DNA of 64,000 nt, taken from assembly GCA_964016885.1 (NCBI GenBank), contig OZ024742.1:369086001-369150000 (forward strand), written 5' to 3'. The position numbers and the translations under genes are program-made. Below, one piece after another: positions 24,311-36,705 of the stretch (position 1 is its first letter; each line of letters begins with the position of its first letter). Source of the stretch: Eledone cirrhosa. Its lineage: Eukaryota. The notes beneath the pieces are model-generated. The model was not told the DNA's origin and did not search any database. It saw only the letters and a list, made by a program, of their open reading frames with translations.

Positions 24311-24672
24311 TTTTATATGGAAGAAATGCTTCAGAGCCAATCTCTTAGACACACTTAGATTAACCTAAGACTTATGATGTTTGTTGAAGAGGCTACCCAG
24401 TGGGATTGAACCCAGAACCTCAATATTACAAAATAAAATTCTTAACCAGCCCACCGTGACTGTATTTGATAATGGAATTATTGTGTACAGTACTCAGGTG
24501 CACTACAACTATTTAGTCATATATAAGGCTTAACTGGATCTCTCTCCTACTAAAATATTTGGTTTTCTGCCAACGTAAGAAATTATTATTATGAAAATAC
24601 ATCATCTAAGATTGGTTCTTAGATTAACTTAACATTCTTGACAATATCTGGGAATTATTTTCATGCATTCCA

Positions 24673-24949
24673 GTCTCTCTCTCTGTCTGTCTGTGCCTGT
24701 CTGTCTGTCTGTCTGTCTGTGTCTGTCTGTCTCTGTCTGTCTGTCTCTGTCTGTCTGTCTCTGTCTGTCTGTCTCTGTCTGTCTGTCTCTGTCTGTCTGT
24801 CTCTGTCTGTCTGTCTCTGTCTGTCTGTCTCTGTCTGTCTGTCTCTGTCTGTCTGTCTCTGTCTGTCTGTCTCTGTCTGTCTGTCTCTGTCTGTCTGTCT
24901 CTGTCTGTCTGTCTGTCTGTCTCTGTCTGTCTGTCTCTGTCTGTCTGTC

Positions 24950-24994
<45 letters not shown>

Positions 24995-25023
24995 GTCTGT
25001 CTGTCTGTCTCTGTCTGTCTGTC

Positions 25024-25056
<33 letters not shown>

Positions 25057-26133
25057 GTCTGTCTGTCTCTGTCTGTCTGTCTGTGTCTGTCTGTGTCTGT
25101 CTGTGTGTGTCTGTCTGTGTCTGTCTGTCTGTGTCTGTCTGTGTCTGTCTGTGTCTGTCTGTGTCTGTCTGTGTCTGTCTGTCTGTGTCTGCGCCTGTCT
25201 GCGCCTGTCTGCGCCTGTCTGCGCCTGTCTGCGCCTGTCTGTGTCTGTCTGCATCTGTGCCTGTCTGCGTCTGTCTGTGTCTGTCTGCGCCTGTCTGCGC
25301 CTGTCTGTGTCTGTCTGTCTGTGCCTGTCTGTGCCTGTCTGTGTCTGTCTGTCTGTGCCTGTCTGTGTCTGTCTGTGCCTGTCTGCGCCTGTCTGTGCCT
25401 GTCTGCGCCTGTCTGTGCCTGTCTGCGCCTGTCTGCGCCTGTCTGCGCCTGTCTGCGCCTGTCTGCGCCTGTCTGTGTCTGCGTCTGTCTGTGTCTGTCT
25501 GCGCCTGTATGTGCCTGTCTGTGTGTCTGCGCCTGTCTGCGCATGTCTGTGTCTGTCTGTGTCTGTCTGTGTCTGTCTGTGCCTGTCTGTCTGTGTCTGT
25601 CTGTGCCTGTCTGTCTGTGCCTGTCTGTGTCTGTGTCTGTGCCTGTCTGTGTCTGTGTCTGCGCCTGTCTGTGTCTGTGTCTGCGCCTGTCTGTGTCTGT
25701 GTCTGCGCCTGTCTGTCTGCGCCTGTCTGCGCCTGTCTGTGTGTCTGTCTGTGTGTCTGTCTGTGTGTCTGTCTGTGTGTCTGTCTGTGTGTCTGTCTGT
25801 GTGTCTGTCTGTGTGTCTGTCTGTGTGTCTGTCTGTGTCTGTCTGTGTCTGTCTGTGTCTGTCTGTGTCTGTCTGTGTCTGTCTGTGTCTGTCTGTGTCT
25901 GTCTGTGTCTGTCTGTGTCTGTCTGTGTCTGTCTGTGTCTGTCTGTGTCTGTCTGTGTCTGTCTGTGTCTGTCTGTGTCTGTCTGTGCCTGTCTGTGCCT
26001 GTCTGTGCCTGTCTGTGTCTGTCTGTGTCTGTCTGCGCCTGTATGCGCCTGTCTGCGCCTGTCTGCGTCTGTCTGCGTCTGTCTGCGTCTGTCTGCGTCT
26101 GTCTGTGTCTGTCTGTGTCTGTCTGTGTCTGTG
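24673..26133. repeat. Compound (TCTG)n/(TGTC)n/(TGCGCCTGTC)n microsatellite
   Basis: Read directly from the sequence. Confidence 0.97.
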
Positions 26134-26469
26134 TCAAAAGTGATAATAGAAAAAATATTTTTACCGTAACATATATCAAATGCTATAAACTCATTTTCCT
26201 GTGGTTCAACAGAGAAAATATTTTGCTAGTGTTGGAGTAGAAAACTGGCACTGTTGTGGGTGGTAACATAAGGTGGGTTATATTGGTGAACTCAGTGTTA
26301 AGAGATGGCTAGGAGTTCAATTTTACAAAATAATTCTCTAAAATAGACTCCAATTTAAAGAGAAGCTAATTTGTTAGAAGACATGTCTACAGTGAGACTC
26401 AGATAATCCAAACAAAATGACCAAGGAATATTTTGTTTGGATAACATTTCTCTGATAATACGACTATAT

Positions 26470-26666
26470 ATCCCAGTGGAAGGAATCCATGGAGGAGGTA
26501 GACCAAGAAAGACTTGGGCAGAAGTTGTGAGAACTGACCTCAAATCACTGAGACTCACCGAGGAAATAAAGGATCGTGACAAGTGGAGAGATGTCTTGCT
26601 GAGAAAGACCTGTCCAACCCATGCAAGTGTGGAGAAGCAGACGTAAAAACAATGATGAATGATGAT
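26470..26666 (+). mobile_element. Short RTE 3' fragment (short-UTR type)
   Basis: IPVEGIHGGGRPRKTWAEVVRTDLKSLRL...DRDKWR runs directly into the ACCCATGC tail. Confidence 0.85.
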
Positions 26667-27139
26667 AGAAAGGAAGGAGGTTATATCATCATCATCATCA
26701 ATGTCTACTTTCTCTGATAAGGATTAGATATGTCTATATAGACCAAGTCAGTACTGAAGCAGGGCTTCTGACCTCCCAGACAGATTAGGGGTGTGTTATC
26801 TCTGCTTATGTATGGTCTCACATTCTACCACACAAGAGAGACTCATGTCTTTCACACAACTAAAGGGTCCTCCCAGCCCTTTGTTTGGCAAGCCATAATT
26901 ATGTAAAACAATAAATAACAATGAGTTATAAACCCAATATTGAACTGTTGTGAAATTTAATATTTCTTTCCCCTATACTACAGAGATAAATCTCATTTTT
27001 CATTGGATTGTCAATGTTATTCACTTTCCATAGACATGGTACCAACAACAAATTGGTTTACTTGTAATGGATATGTACTTAAAACAGTGAATGAAGAAGA
27101 CAGCACTGATTTTAAATCTTTTAGCATGTCATTTTTATA

Positions 27140-27356
27140 TTAACCCTTTTGATACCAACCCAGCCAAAACTGGCTCTGGTTTGAATCAAACTACCCATAT
27201 AAAGGTTCCTATTTAAATCTACCAGCATAATTTTATATAGAAACCATATGTTACATTATTATATTAGTAATGAAATCATTCATAATTCCTTCAAAATTCT
27301 TCATTAATTAATTGAAATAGTGTTTTTCATTAAAAATATGGTCACGAAAGAGTTAA
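27140..27356. mobile_element. piggyBac-like MITE family 2
   Basis: TTAA-CCCTTTTGATACC ... GGTCACGAAAGAG-TTAA. Partial relatives at ~13345-13445 (inverted) and ~31630-31720. Confidence 0.7.
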
Positions 27357-27544
27357 TATAGAAAACAAGTTTGTCTCTAAAGTTTCCTGCCATTTTGAAA
27401 ATAAAGACAAAATATTTCAAGAATAAATTACCTTAGTCACATAATTCAGATCAAATGTTAAAAATTAACTATGACTGTGTGTCTAGTTTAGAATAGGTAC
27501 ACCATATACTTGCATGTTGTAAGCAGTGACTAAGAATGTTAGAG

Positions 27545-27832
27545 CTACAAAGGGCATCCAGCTGTAAAACATTGCCTCAAAAGTCTCATCCAACCCATGC
27601 CAACATGGAAAGATCGACAAAAGAATAATGATGATGAAATCCCAGTAGAAGGAAGATGCAGTAGAGGAAGACCACGAAAAACATGGGAAGAGGTGGTGAG
27701 AGCTGACCTCAGATCGCTGAAACTCACGGAGGAGATGACGAAGGACGGTGACAAGTGGAGAGATGCTGTGCTGAATAGAACCCGTCCCACCCTTGCAAGC
27801 AGGGAAAAGCGGACGTAAAATGATGATGATGA
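27545..27832 (+). mobile_element. RTE/SINE tail followed by a short-UTR RTE 3' fragment
   Basis: Tail at 27545-27636. 27639-27832 reads IPVEGRCSRGRPRKTWEEVVRADL... and ends in (GAT)n. Confidence 0.85.
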
Positions 27833-28652
27833 CAGTAGAGATTTCATGACTTTAGAAGACTGACAATGTCCATATGTTTTGCAGGTCATTGTTGGTGTTC
27901 AACCCATCCAATACCTTCTAATGAAATATACTGTCATTGCTTATATTTTTTTAATTATTTTTTTAAATAATCAAGAATTTAAAGGGAATTAGTAATATAA
28001 CTTTCTCATCAAGTTGATACATGGGACATAAAGGTTCTCACAGAAAATTATGGTGGAAGGTTTTTAGACAAATACAAACACTTTAAACCTTTTGTTATCA
28101 TATTGGTAACTTTAAACCTTTTGTTATCACTGCTTAAAAATGTTCAAATCAATTTCAAAATAATGAAGAATTTGGAGAGATTTAGTAATATGATTTTCTC
28201 ATTATTAAACTGCTGTTTGGAACATACTCTCAGGTCTTATATAATCCAACTCCTCCATGACCACATAAGGTGGAGGTAGTTGGTGCAGTGTCCCAACAAC
28301 CCCGAAAAGGCTTAAGGGACCATGATGATGATGATGATGAGAGAAGTGGGTAAAATGGGTGGCTTGGGCAAGAAGATTACAATGTGGTTGTTATTTAAGA
28401 AGCTATTGTAATCACAGTTTCATTATTTAACATTTTTACATGCTGGCAAGGGTTGGATAAGATCTTTTGAGGCAGTTTTTCAGGGCCTCCTACTCTAGAA
28501 AAACTGGCAACCCATCCATACTTTATTTTTTAAGGTAGGTAGGTGTGCGTGCGTGTGCGCATGTTCAGTAGAAGTTGTTTTGGTAAAAACAGGAGCAAGC
28601 AGGAGAAAGCTCTTTACATTCATAGTTTGTAGTTACAATGGAGATTCAGTAC

Positions 28653-29014
28653 AAGAATAACATTAAGAGGGATGCTGATGTTACATAAATTGTTTATTCA
28701 TAATAATTATTTCAACAGTTCTCTTTTGCAATCCAAAATGTAATTTATGCATTTGTTGTTATGAGAATGGTATCTTCAGATGAAAATCTGATTTTGTGAT
28801 AAATCACAGGCAAAAAAAAAACATGTCCTTGGCACATGAGTAGAAGGGAGTGTTTTTTTTTTGCCTATGACATATCACAAAATCAGATTTTCCTCTGAAG
28901 ATACCATTCTCATAACAACAAATGCATAAATTACATTTTGGATTGCAAAAGAGAACCGTTGAAATAATTATTATGAATAAACGATTTATCAGCATCTCTC
29001 TTAATGTTATTCTT
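28653..29014. repeat. Long palindrome / foldback MITE, ~165-bp arms with ~27-nt loop
   Basis: AAGAATAACATTAAGAG...GGCAAAAAAAAAACA mirrors TGTTTTTTTTTTTGCC...CTCTTAATGTTATTCTT. Confidence 0.9.
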
Positions 29015-29031
29015 ATATATATATATATGGA

Positions 29032-29138
29032 AGTAGTAACACAGCAGTTAGTTCACTATACCGAGAACAATTGTTTCACATCCACCAAGGTGAAACAATT
29101 GTTCTCGGTGTGGGGAACTAACTGCTGTGTTACTACTA
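29032..29138. repeat. ~48-bp-stem hairpin
   Basis: GTAGTAACACAGCAGTTAGTTC...CCGAGAACAATTGTTTCAC, a 10-nt loop, then GTGAAACAATTGTTCTCGG...GAACTAACTGCTGTGTTACTAC. Confidence 0.88.
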
Positions 29139-29232
29139 CTACCAAACTCGTCCCATGGACTGAGTGCTCTACCACCACTGATATTACCTTCCTGTGTTCT
29201 ACCTCTCTCTCTCTCTTATATATATATATATA

Positions 29233-29555
29233 TTAACCAAATATACACCCTAATCCACTACCCCTACCCTCCCACCAACAACACGAGAAAATGAGATCGA
29301 GATCGTGTAGGTGTCACGACAAAAAACACACAGTCCACGCTGTAATGTGGCCGTCTAGGTAACACGGTAAAAAGTTCCCAGTTCCACACTGTAAATGTGG
29401 TTGGTGTTAGGAAGGGCATCCAGCCATAGAAAACCTGCCAGATAGTCCTATATGAGCGAGACACGGTCACCCGACCAGCCTTGACTCAAGTGGTACAACT
29501 CCCATCTAACCCATGCTAGCGTGGAAAATGGACGTTAAACGAAGATGATGATGAT
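29233..29555 (+). mobile_element. RTE 3' UTR fragment
   Basis: Near-identical to 22770-23153. Confidence 0.9.
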
Positions 29556-30549
29556 ATAATCACTAATGTATACTGATAAGCTGTGAGATGACCTGTTTAT
29601 GAGGGATATAAATGATAGTCACTGGCTTGCTTTCTAAATGGCGTTGATTTGGAGAGGTACGCAGCAACCGATACACATGTATACACACACACACATACAC
29701 AAACACACATTATGTAGTTTTAGTGCTATGTGTTTATTGCCAGAGATAACCTAAGCAACAGAACAACAGCCATAACACATTTGACAGTGATGGAATATTT
29801 TCAATAATTTAAAAGATCTAAGAATATCTTTGTTATATCTTTGTTTTTCAAGTGTGTTCTTGTTAGTCCTGTAATAAGTTGCCGAAAATAGTTAATAACA
29901 AATCAAGTAAATTCTTTTATGAAGTCTAATACTCTGGTGATAATTTAAAGTCTGTCTCCTATCTCTCAACTCTAATACTATTGAATTTTAAATGTACACA
30001 AAAACCAGATCAATACCAAGATAAATTCAAAGAAAACTCCTAATAAATTAGATAAAATGGTGCTGCTAATCATGTCTTAAATTCAAATATTATCAAAATT
30101 TGTTTGGGTTTTGGAATAAAATAAAACTGACATAGAAAAAAATGTTTAATTAGTTGAGTCTCCAACATTTTGAATTAAAATCCAAATGACAAAAGAATTC
30201 TTTTATTTTCAAGTTGGATTGAAGCCAGAAATGTGCTGAATGATAGCAAGACATCTATATTGAAATTTGAAAATGTGATGGTCCTAAATGCTGAAAATAA
30301 CTGTAATGACAGTTGATTGCTATAAATAAAAACTGAGTCGGCTATAATAGAGACAGGAAAAAAGTGGCCACAGGTACCTATAAAGAATCAAACTCTATAC
30401 CTCTGAAATACCCTCGCAAGTGTGTTACCTTTATACTAAAAGACCAAGTAACATTTGTTATGGAATATTAGACAAAGACTAGAGAGGAATGGTCAAGGTA
30501 TTCTATTCTAATCTTAACATAACTCTCAAGTCTGTCTCCAATCAGGAGG

Positions 30550-30788
30550 CTAATGAGGCTGGTATTTATCCTAGTTTCATGGCATGAAGCGAATGAGAGT
30601 ACATGACTTCCCCCTGGGCAGGATGCCAGTCCCATCACAGGGTTAAACCCTCAACTATTGCTGGTACTCATTTTTAGCTGAGTGTACAGGAACAATGTGA
30701 AATGAAGTGTTTTGCTCAAGAACACAACACACAAGCCAGGAACATGACATTATGATCTTATGTCCAACACCCTTACCACTGTATCACC
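30550..30788 (-). mobile_element. tRNA-derived SINE family B (CORE-like plus V-domain-like segments)
   Basis: Minus strand: TGTGTTCTTGAGCAAAACACTT, CTCAGCTAAAAATGAGTACCAGC, AACCCTGTGATGGGACTGGCATCCTGCCCAGGGG. A second copy lies at ~61985-62140. Confidence 0.7.
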
Positions 30789-31202
30789 AAAATATTATGA
30801 GTTTGGTCTTTTATCAGTTTCTTGGTCTTACCTGCTCTACAACCCAGATAGAGAGGGAGGTGGAGTGGAGAGGGGTATTTCACTGATTGCTATGTAATGT
30901 ACCCCGTGAATATAATAGATTGGGTAGCTGTAAATAAAGATATGAAGAACTTTATTATTAGATAATGCAAGATATACAAGAGAACCATTGCCATGGATAC
31001 TATCATCATCATTGTTTTTATGTCCACTCTTCCATGCTGAGGTTGGACATGTTTTGAGACAATGTTTCACAGATGGATGCCCTTCCTGACACCAACCCTT
31101 TTAACTGCCCCTTATCACATGCAAAAATATGGTGTGCCTATTCTAAAACCTAGAATACACAGGGCTGATAATACATATGAAAGACTATCCTATACCAGTA
31201 AT

Positions 31203-31393
31203 AAATAATTGTTTCTACTTTTGGTACAAGGCCAGCAATTACCCAGTGTATTACTGGTACTTTATTTTATCGACCCCGTAAGGATGAAAGGCAAAGTTAA
31301 CCTCAGCGGGATTTGAACTCAGATCGTAAAGGGGCGTAACTCTATGCTACAAAGCATGGCGTCCGACCCTCTACCAATATTGCCAATCCACCC
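31203..31393 (-). mobile_element. SINE family A, full length
   Basis: Homologous to 11812-12003. Confidence 0.85.
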
Positions 31394-31569
31394 ACTGTCC
31401 GAGTAATAAATAATGTCAGACAGAGGAAGACCAACAAAGAATGTAGATATGACATTCTTAGATTTAGTCTGAAGATATTAAAATTCAGATTTAAAAAAAG
31501 GGACATTTACAAATATACCCCTTATGATTTCACCATATTTACTGAAGATGTTTAAAAAATCTGTAACTA

Positions 31570-32036
31570 CTGTATTTCCTGGCATCAAAGATAATCCTAC
31601 ACATTTTGAAAAGCTAAATTTTGAAAAATAGTTTGATACCAACTTGCTCAAAACCACCTTTGGTTCTAGAAAGCAAAACAAATCATTTTAAAGGGTTCCT
31701 ATTTAAATTAAAATCTTCCAATGTCAAAGTCGCTTTGCCCTTGAGGACACACTCCAATTTTGACAACTAAAAATTTGAAAAACAATGATAAACATAAAAA
31801 TATCCCGGCACTTCGAGTATTGTTACCTAATTTGATATTCTGTTTGTTTATTACTGTTTAATTTATACACTACATTGAGGTCATATATACAGGAGTTCAG
31901 ATTACTGTCTAGCAGAGATAATTTTCCTGTGGGGTTAGGATGTCTATGAAAAACACAACCTTCAGCCTCAAGGACGCATAGTACATTTTTTAGACTTATT
32001 TTAGGAAAAAATAGTGTCTTTGATGCCGGGAAACAG
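31570..32036. mobile_element. Tc1/mariner-superfamily MITE with TA target duplication
   Basis: TA-CTGTATTTCCTGGCATCAAAGA ... TCTTTGATGCCGGGAAACAG-TA. Confidence 0.7.
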
Positions 32037-32154
32037 TAATTCAAATACAGTTTATTTTATTGTAAATGTAATGAAAGGCTTAACATAATACAACTAATGT
32101 AAATATTGGACTCTAGACTTATTTTGGTGAAAAAGATAATAGCAACATCCACAC

Positions 32155-32362
32155 CATGGAATATGGTATATCACATGAAATATGGTATACCACATGAAAC
32201 ATGGTATACCACATGAAATATGGTATACCACATGAAATATGGTATCTCACATGAAATATGGTATACCACATGCAATATGGTATACCACATGCAATATGGT
32301 ATACCACATGCAATATGGTATACCACATGGAATAAAGTATATCACATGGAATATGGTATATC
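32155..32362. repeat. 19-bp minisatellite ATATGGTATACCACATGAA
   Basis: About 10 copies. The unit contains the palindrome TGGTATACCA. Confidence 0.92.
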
Positions 32363-32481
32363 AGATTTGTTTTTGTTATAATTAATAGTGATGGCCAAAT
32401 TGATACAATACCCCAAAAAAAACATCTGAAAGATTGGTAGTTTCTGTGGTGTTATCACTACAGCATTGGGTCCATGTTAAA

Positions 32482-33548
32482 GATGGCTGTGTCACCTTGG
32501 CAACGGATGACAGTGTGACCTTGGCAATTGATGACAGTGTCACCTTGGCAATTGATGACAGTGTCACCTTGGCAATTGATGACAGTGTCACCTTGGCAAT
32601 TGATGACAGTGTCACCTTGGCAACGGATGACAATGTCACCTTGGCAACGGCTGTCAGTGTCACCTTGGCAACGGATGGCTGTGTCATCTTGGCAACGGAT
32701 GGCTGTGTCATCTTGGCAACGGATGGCTGTGTCACCTTGGCAACGGATGGCTGTGTCACCTTGGCAACGGATGGCTGTGTCATCTTGGCAACGGATGTCA
32801 GTGTCATCTTGGCAACGGATGTCAGTGTCACCTTGGCAACGGATGTCAGTGTCACCTTGGCAACGGATGTCAGTGTCACCTTGGCAACGGATGACAGTGT
32901 CGCCTTGGCAACGGATGACAGTGTCGCCTTGGCAACGGATGACCGTCATCTTGGCAACGGATGACAGCATCATCTTGGCAACGGATGACTGTCACCTTGG
33001 CAATGGATGACTGTCACCTTGGCAACAGATGACAGTGTCACCTTGGCAACGGATGACAGTGTCACCTTTGGAACAGATGACCGTCACCTTGGCTACTGAT
33101 GACAGCGTCACCTTGGCTACTGATGACAGCGTCACCTTGGCTACTGATGACAGCGTCACCTTGGCTACTGATGACAGCGTCACCTTGGCTACTGATGACA
33201 GCGTCACCTTGGCTACTGATGACAGCGTCACCTTGGCTACTGATGACAGCGTCACCTTGGCTACTGATGACAGCGTCACCTTGGCTACTGATGACAGCGT
33301 CACCTTGGCTACTGATGACAGCGTCACCTTGGCTACTGATGACAGCGTCACCTTGGCTACTGATGACAGCGTCACCTTGGCTACTGATGACAGCGTCACC
33401 TTGGCTACTGATGACAGTGTCACCTTGGCTACTGATGACAGCGTCACCTTGGCTACTGATGACAGCGTCACCTTGGCTACTGATGACAGCGTCACCTTGG
33501 CTACTGATGACAGCGTCACCTTGGCTACAGCAGTGTCACCTTGGCAAC
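32482..33548. repeat. 24-bp minisatellite in two variant blocks
   Basis: GTCACCTTGGCAACGGATGACAGT up to ~33080, then homogeneous GTCACCTTGGCTACTGATGACAGC. Confidence 0.95.
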
Positions 33549-34969
33549 TCATTACTGGTATAATTCACCACAGTAAACAGTGGAACCATACTAAAACTTA
33601 CAAGTGTATCATTACCTCAGTTCCATCTTTACTTGCCTACCAAGCATCTTTCCCAACAAGATGATGGATAAACTAAAAACTATGGCTATCACTTCCACAT
33701 TTAGTCTGACTTAACATAGACCATGGTCTTACTAATAGTTTAGGTTCTCATGGACTCATGAACAGACACAAACATCCTGTGAAGCCAGCTTCCTTTAATG
33801 TAGAGCAACATCTAGGATATGATAGTTGGAAAGAGAGGGTGTACTTGTACTGGCCTGGTACTTCAACATCAAAACAATAAAAAGAGGACCTCAACAGGAT
33901 TTGAACTCTGAACAGAGGAGAAGACAGAAGACATGTCTAATGTTCTAATAATCCTGCCAATTCAACTGCCTAGAAAGGTTACATGGAACAACATAGTGTC
34001 TGATATACAAAGAGACAGGATGGTCATGATTGGAACACTTTTCATCATAGGTTTGCTATTAAGGTTGACCTAGGGCTAAACAACAACCATTCTATCAGTC
34101 TGTGAGGCTATTGAAATGGGTCATAGATATTGCTCCTTCTCCTCCACTAAGCCATTTAAAACATTTAAGCTTTATAAACTGGAAATACAAGTTTATTTTA
34201 TAATTAAACAAAATATTAAAAGTAAATTTATCAAAATTTGCTAACAAAGTATATTTGTACAGGTAAATATAAACAACTTACACCAATATAACGGAACTTA
34301 ACACCTTTCATATCTAATTAATACATCTAATTAATCCCTAATGTAAATCACAAAGTGTCCTAATATTTTATCATTACAATAATTCTGTTAAACATTTTAG
34401 TAGTGACTGGTTTTAATCTTAAAGTACACACCTTTCTTGTTATGATGTTGACAAATTCTTGTGCAAGCCCACATTATATATATGTATATATATATATATA
34501 TTATCATCATCATCATACGTCCGCTTTTCCCTGCTTGCAAGGGTGGGACGGGAACTGATTCTGGCTTGATTTCTACAGCTGGATGCCCTTCCTAACACCA
34601 ACCTCATTTACAGTGAGTGCTGATGCCTAAAAGGGGTCATTTGTCAGAGCATGACAACCTCTCTGGTGATCAACACGATACACACAGTACACTTTGTAAA
34701 GTGGTTGGTGATTGAGAGGACCCTCATGTCAAAGCCATGGCAACCTCTCTTGGGCTGATTCCTAGATAAAATGAACTCTGTAGAACGTGAGATAGCTGAG
34801 TCTTCCAAAGACATGTACCCATAACACAATTTTTAGGGTGATTCAGTGTAACCGAGAAATTTGGCCCTTTAAATTACAAATAAAGCTCATTCAAAACCAA
34901 TGATGATCCAATTAATAAATTCAAAGGTCTTTGGATAATTTTGATGTAAAGGAACAACTGTGTTTCATA

Positions 34970-35152
34970 TTAGCAGCATCGGTAGAGGGTCTGACAGCAT
35001 GCTTTGCAGCATAGAGTTACGGCCCTTTATGGTCTGAGTTCAAATACCGCCAAGGTTAACTTTGCCTTTCATCCTTCAGGGTCGATAAAATAAAGTACCA
35101 CTAATGCACTGGGGTACTTGCTGGCCTTGTGCCTAAAGTAGAAACAATTATT
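34970..35152 (+). mobile_element. SINE family A
   Basis: Homologous to the other copies. B-box GAGTTCAAATAC. Confidence 0.8.
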
Positions 35153-36149
35153 TGTTTCTAATAGCTAATCTATGACCAGAGCTTTTTTAGTCACACCTTG
35201 ACAGGGACATAACAACAGTGACACTCAAGTTGATACAGTATAACTAAATGGTCTGTGATTCACTTACCACCGCCTGGGACCATAATAATGACATTTACAG
35301 TTGACATATATGTAAGTTTAACTGACCTACAATGACTTTACATCTTAGGATGGTTCTCGGGTGTTTTAATGATACCAGTAGTTTGCTCTTAAAAAGGTTA
35401 AGGTAACTGGGTTTCCATCAATGTACAGTAGGAATTCTTAAACTTATTTTGTCAAGGAACTCTTATACAATCACAGAAACCATAATTATATTTTAGAAGA
35501 ATCACCACCACCATAAATTAAATGAAACACAAACTGTTTTAGAGAGAGAATTCATTCATATAAAAAACATATTTTTATTAAATTACGTCTTATCTTGTGG
35601 AATCCAGAAAGTTTTCAAAGAGGCCACCCACTTTGGGAAACAGTTTAGAATATCAGACTAAAGGTTTTATTTATTTAAATATGTTGCTTTATGATTATCA
35701 GTATAGATATTATTAACTCTTAATATCCTGGGGTCATGAATCTTGGGTAATGACAGAAAGAAGAATATGATTACAAATACAACCAGCCAAAATGAGGCTA
35801 GTTTGAAAAAGTTTTTCAAGTAACATTACTTGAGAGAATTCATAGCTTGGAGATGAGGGAGTCGCTCCAGGTAGAGCCACCATTACCTCACATCAAGTGA
35901 GCTCATCTCCGGCAGTACAGACATATGTCTAAGGAAAGATCACAAGATAATTTATGGGCAAAGTCAACTAGCAGGGGGCCCAGAGGTAGACAACAAGCAG
36001 GTGGTTGAACAACATCCATGAGCTGAGTTGGATTCACTTGGAGTTCCAGCCAGATCATTTAGAAACAGCTGCTTCTGATTGGACCCTCTGGAAGACATGC
36101 CTGAGGACTGCCCCCATGACCCTCACAGGAATAGGTGGGCAAAGACAAA

Positions 36150-36372
36150 AATGAAGACGATAGAAATGACGACAATAGAAATGACGATAGAAATGATGAC
36201 AGAAATGACGACGATAGAAATGACGACGATAGAAATGACGACGATAGAAATGACGACGATAGAAATGACGACGATAGAAATGATGATAAAAATGAAGATA
36301 GAAATGAAGACGATAGAAATGAAGACGATAGAAATGAAGGCGATAGAAATGAAGGCGATAGAAATGATGACA
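36150..36372. repeat. 12-15-bp minisatellite GATAGAAATGAC(GAC)
   Basis: Read directly from the sequence. Lies at the 3' end of the degraded RTE remnant. Confidence 0.9.
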
Positions 36373-36705
36373 AAACCAGGTTCAGAAGTTTAACAGTATA
36401 TCTACTACACAACATTTCTAAAAAATTGCAATATTAGAATAAAGACTAATTTCTAAAGTGATGCAACCATATTGCTGTTTGATATTACACAAGAATGTCT
36501 TATGTGGTTTCATATGGCACATTAACCCTTTAGTATTTAAACCGGCCATATCCGGCCAGAATTATCTCACCTCATTCTATTCAAACTGGCCATAACTGGC
36601 CACTCATACAAAATAAATAATATCAAATTCTCATAGATTCGGTATTATGTGAGATATTATTGGAGGTAAAGCCTTTACTGTGAAAATACAATAGTATATA
36701 TATAG

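Noticed and set aside
32382-33664. VTLATDDS / antifreeze-like repeat protein
   Set aside because: The 24-bp unit is a multiple of three and open in most frames on both strands, and there is no non-repetitive coding context.
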